From NCBI GenBank assembly GCA_965649765.1, contig OZ287758.1, positions 16,492,001-16,556,000 on the forward strand: DNA of 64,000 nt, in the 5' to 3' direction. A model generated the notes under the pieces. The model saw only the letters and a list, made by a program, of their open reading frames with translations, had not been told where the DNA came from and did no database searches. Within the stretch, counting starts at the first letter, position 1; each line of letters begins with the position of its first letter. Source of the DNA: Bispira polyomma. Lineage: Eukaryota. Position numbers and translations under genes: made by a program. Below are positions 63,301 through 64,000 of this stretch, piece by piece.

Positions 63301-64000
63301 GCACAGACAGACAAAATAACTGCCATGAGTATAAAGACGTTATTAGTGTTTTGCATTACTTTTTTAACATATTTTGCCAGCAGAGTTATGTATATTCCCA
63401 TACTTGTTGAACCACAAGTATTTTGTGTAATTATAATGTTATCAAAGGCCTCCATGCCATATGTTTGTTTGATAACAATTGTAAGATTGCATTCATTTGT
63501 GTACTATGAATTACATCACATCTATATTTTTAGCGTCTATTACTATATTAATAAGACATATTAACAGTTATACACAAATTTAAATAAGTATAGAGACATC
63601 TCACACAGATCTTAACATAAAGCCAATGGCTATGATTAATTGCCAGAGAAAACGAAGTGTCCTCATGCCATCTACCCATTCCAGTTTTGTTGCGAATGGC
63701 AGTGTCTTACAAGAAAACCCTTGACTTAAATAAAAAAGCCAGGTAAGATCTTAGAATTTTAACATATGCCGTAAAATATATTACATTTGATGCATGTATT
63801 ACAGAGATAATAAATATGTGAAATTCAGAAACAACTAAAACAAGCAGAAAGAAATTGAGATTCACACACGTTATCAGAACCAAGATATAATAGTATAAAG
63901 AACATTTTACTCCTCCTGATTCTTGTTTTTAAATCAAGACTTTAAATCCCATGTAAGGCTTTATAGTTGATGTATTTTAAAGTTGATGTACATTGTTTAC

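Larger units (their letters stand above)
35150..63945. repeat. Segmental tandem duplication family 2 (about three periods of ~5.5-9.4 kb, first interrupted by the YR retroelement)
   Basis: Anchors tgtaaatat(c/t)agcc near 35187/46111/53596/62950; attactgccaggaa near 35353/46294/53696/63060; gttgtggatctaagact near 47383/54792; ggaatatatataacaa near 43629/49331/57070. Confidence 0.9.

Overview
AT-rich eukaryotic genomic DNA, probably from a mollusc or other lophotrochozoan (inferred from the SINE families); there is one N gap. Most short ORFs in the track are spurious. Main contents: (1) a candidate 3-exon minus-strand host gene at 7.1-8.3 kb encoding a type II membrane protein with a Cys-rich, saposin-like C-terminus and one in-frame TGA; (2) a ~5.4 kb Ngaro-type tyrosine-recombinase (YR) retrotransposon on the minus strand (~37192-42552: gag, RT/RNase H, YR), mildly decayed, without visible split direct repeats, and with phase-matched splice signals that would fuse the Gag N-terminus to the YR; (3) a second, much older YR relic at ~46.5-47.2 kb; (4) tRNA-derived SINEs (RUDI/V-SINE-like and MetaSINE-like), whose tRNA heads have repeatedly expanded into tandem arrays (16x47 bp; 10x127 bp with a 5-mer higher-order repeat); (5) two families of multi-kb tandem segmental duplications (~14-34.6 kb, four copies; ~35-64 kb, about three periods), the first carrying a conserved 37-nt AG/GT-flanked micro-exon candidate; (6) L2-type LINE 3' fragments, MITE/Helentron-like remnants, palindromes and microsatellites. 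All family assignments come from motif recognition by eye, not database searches.
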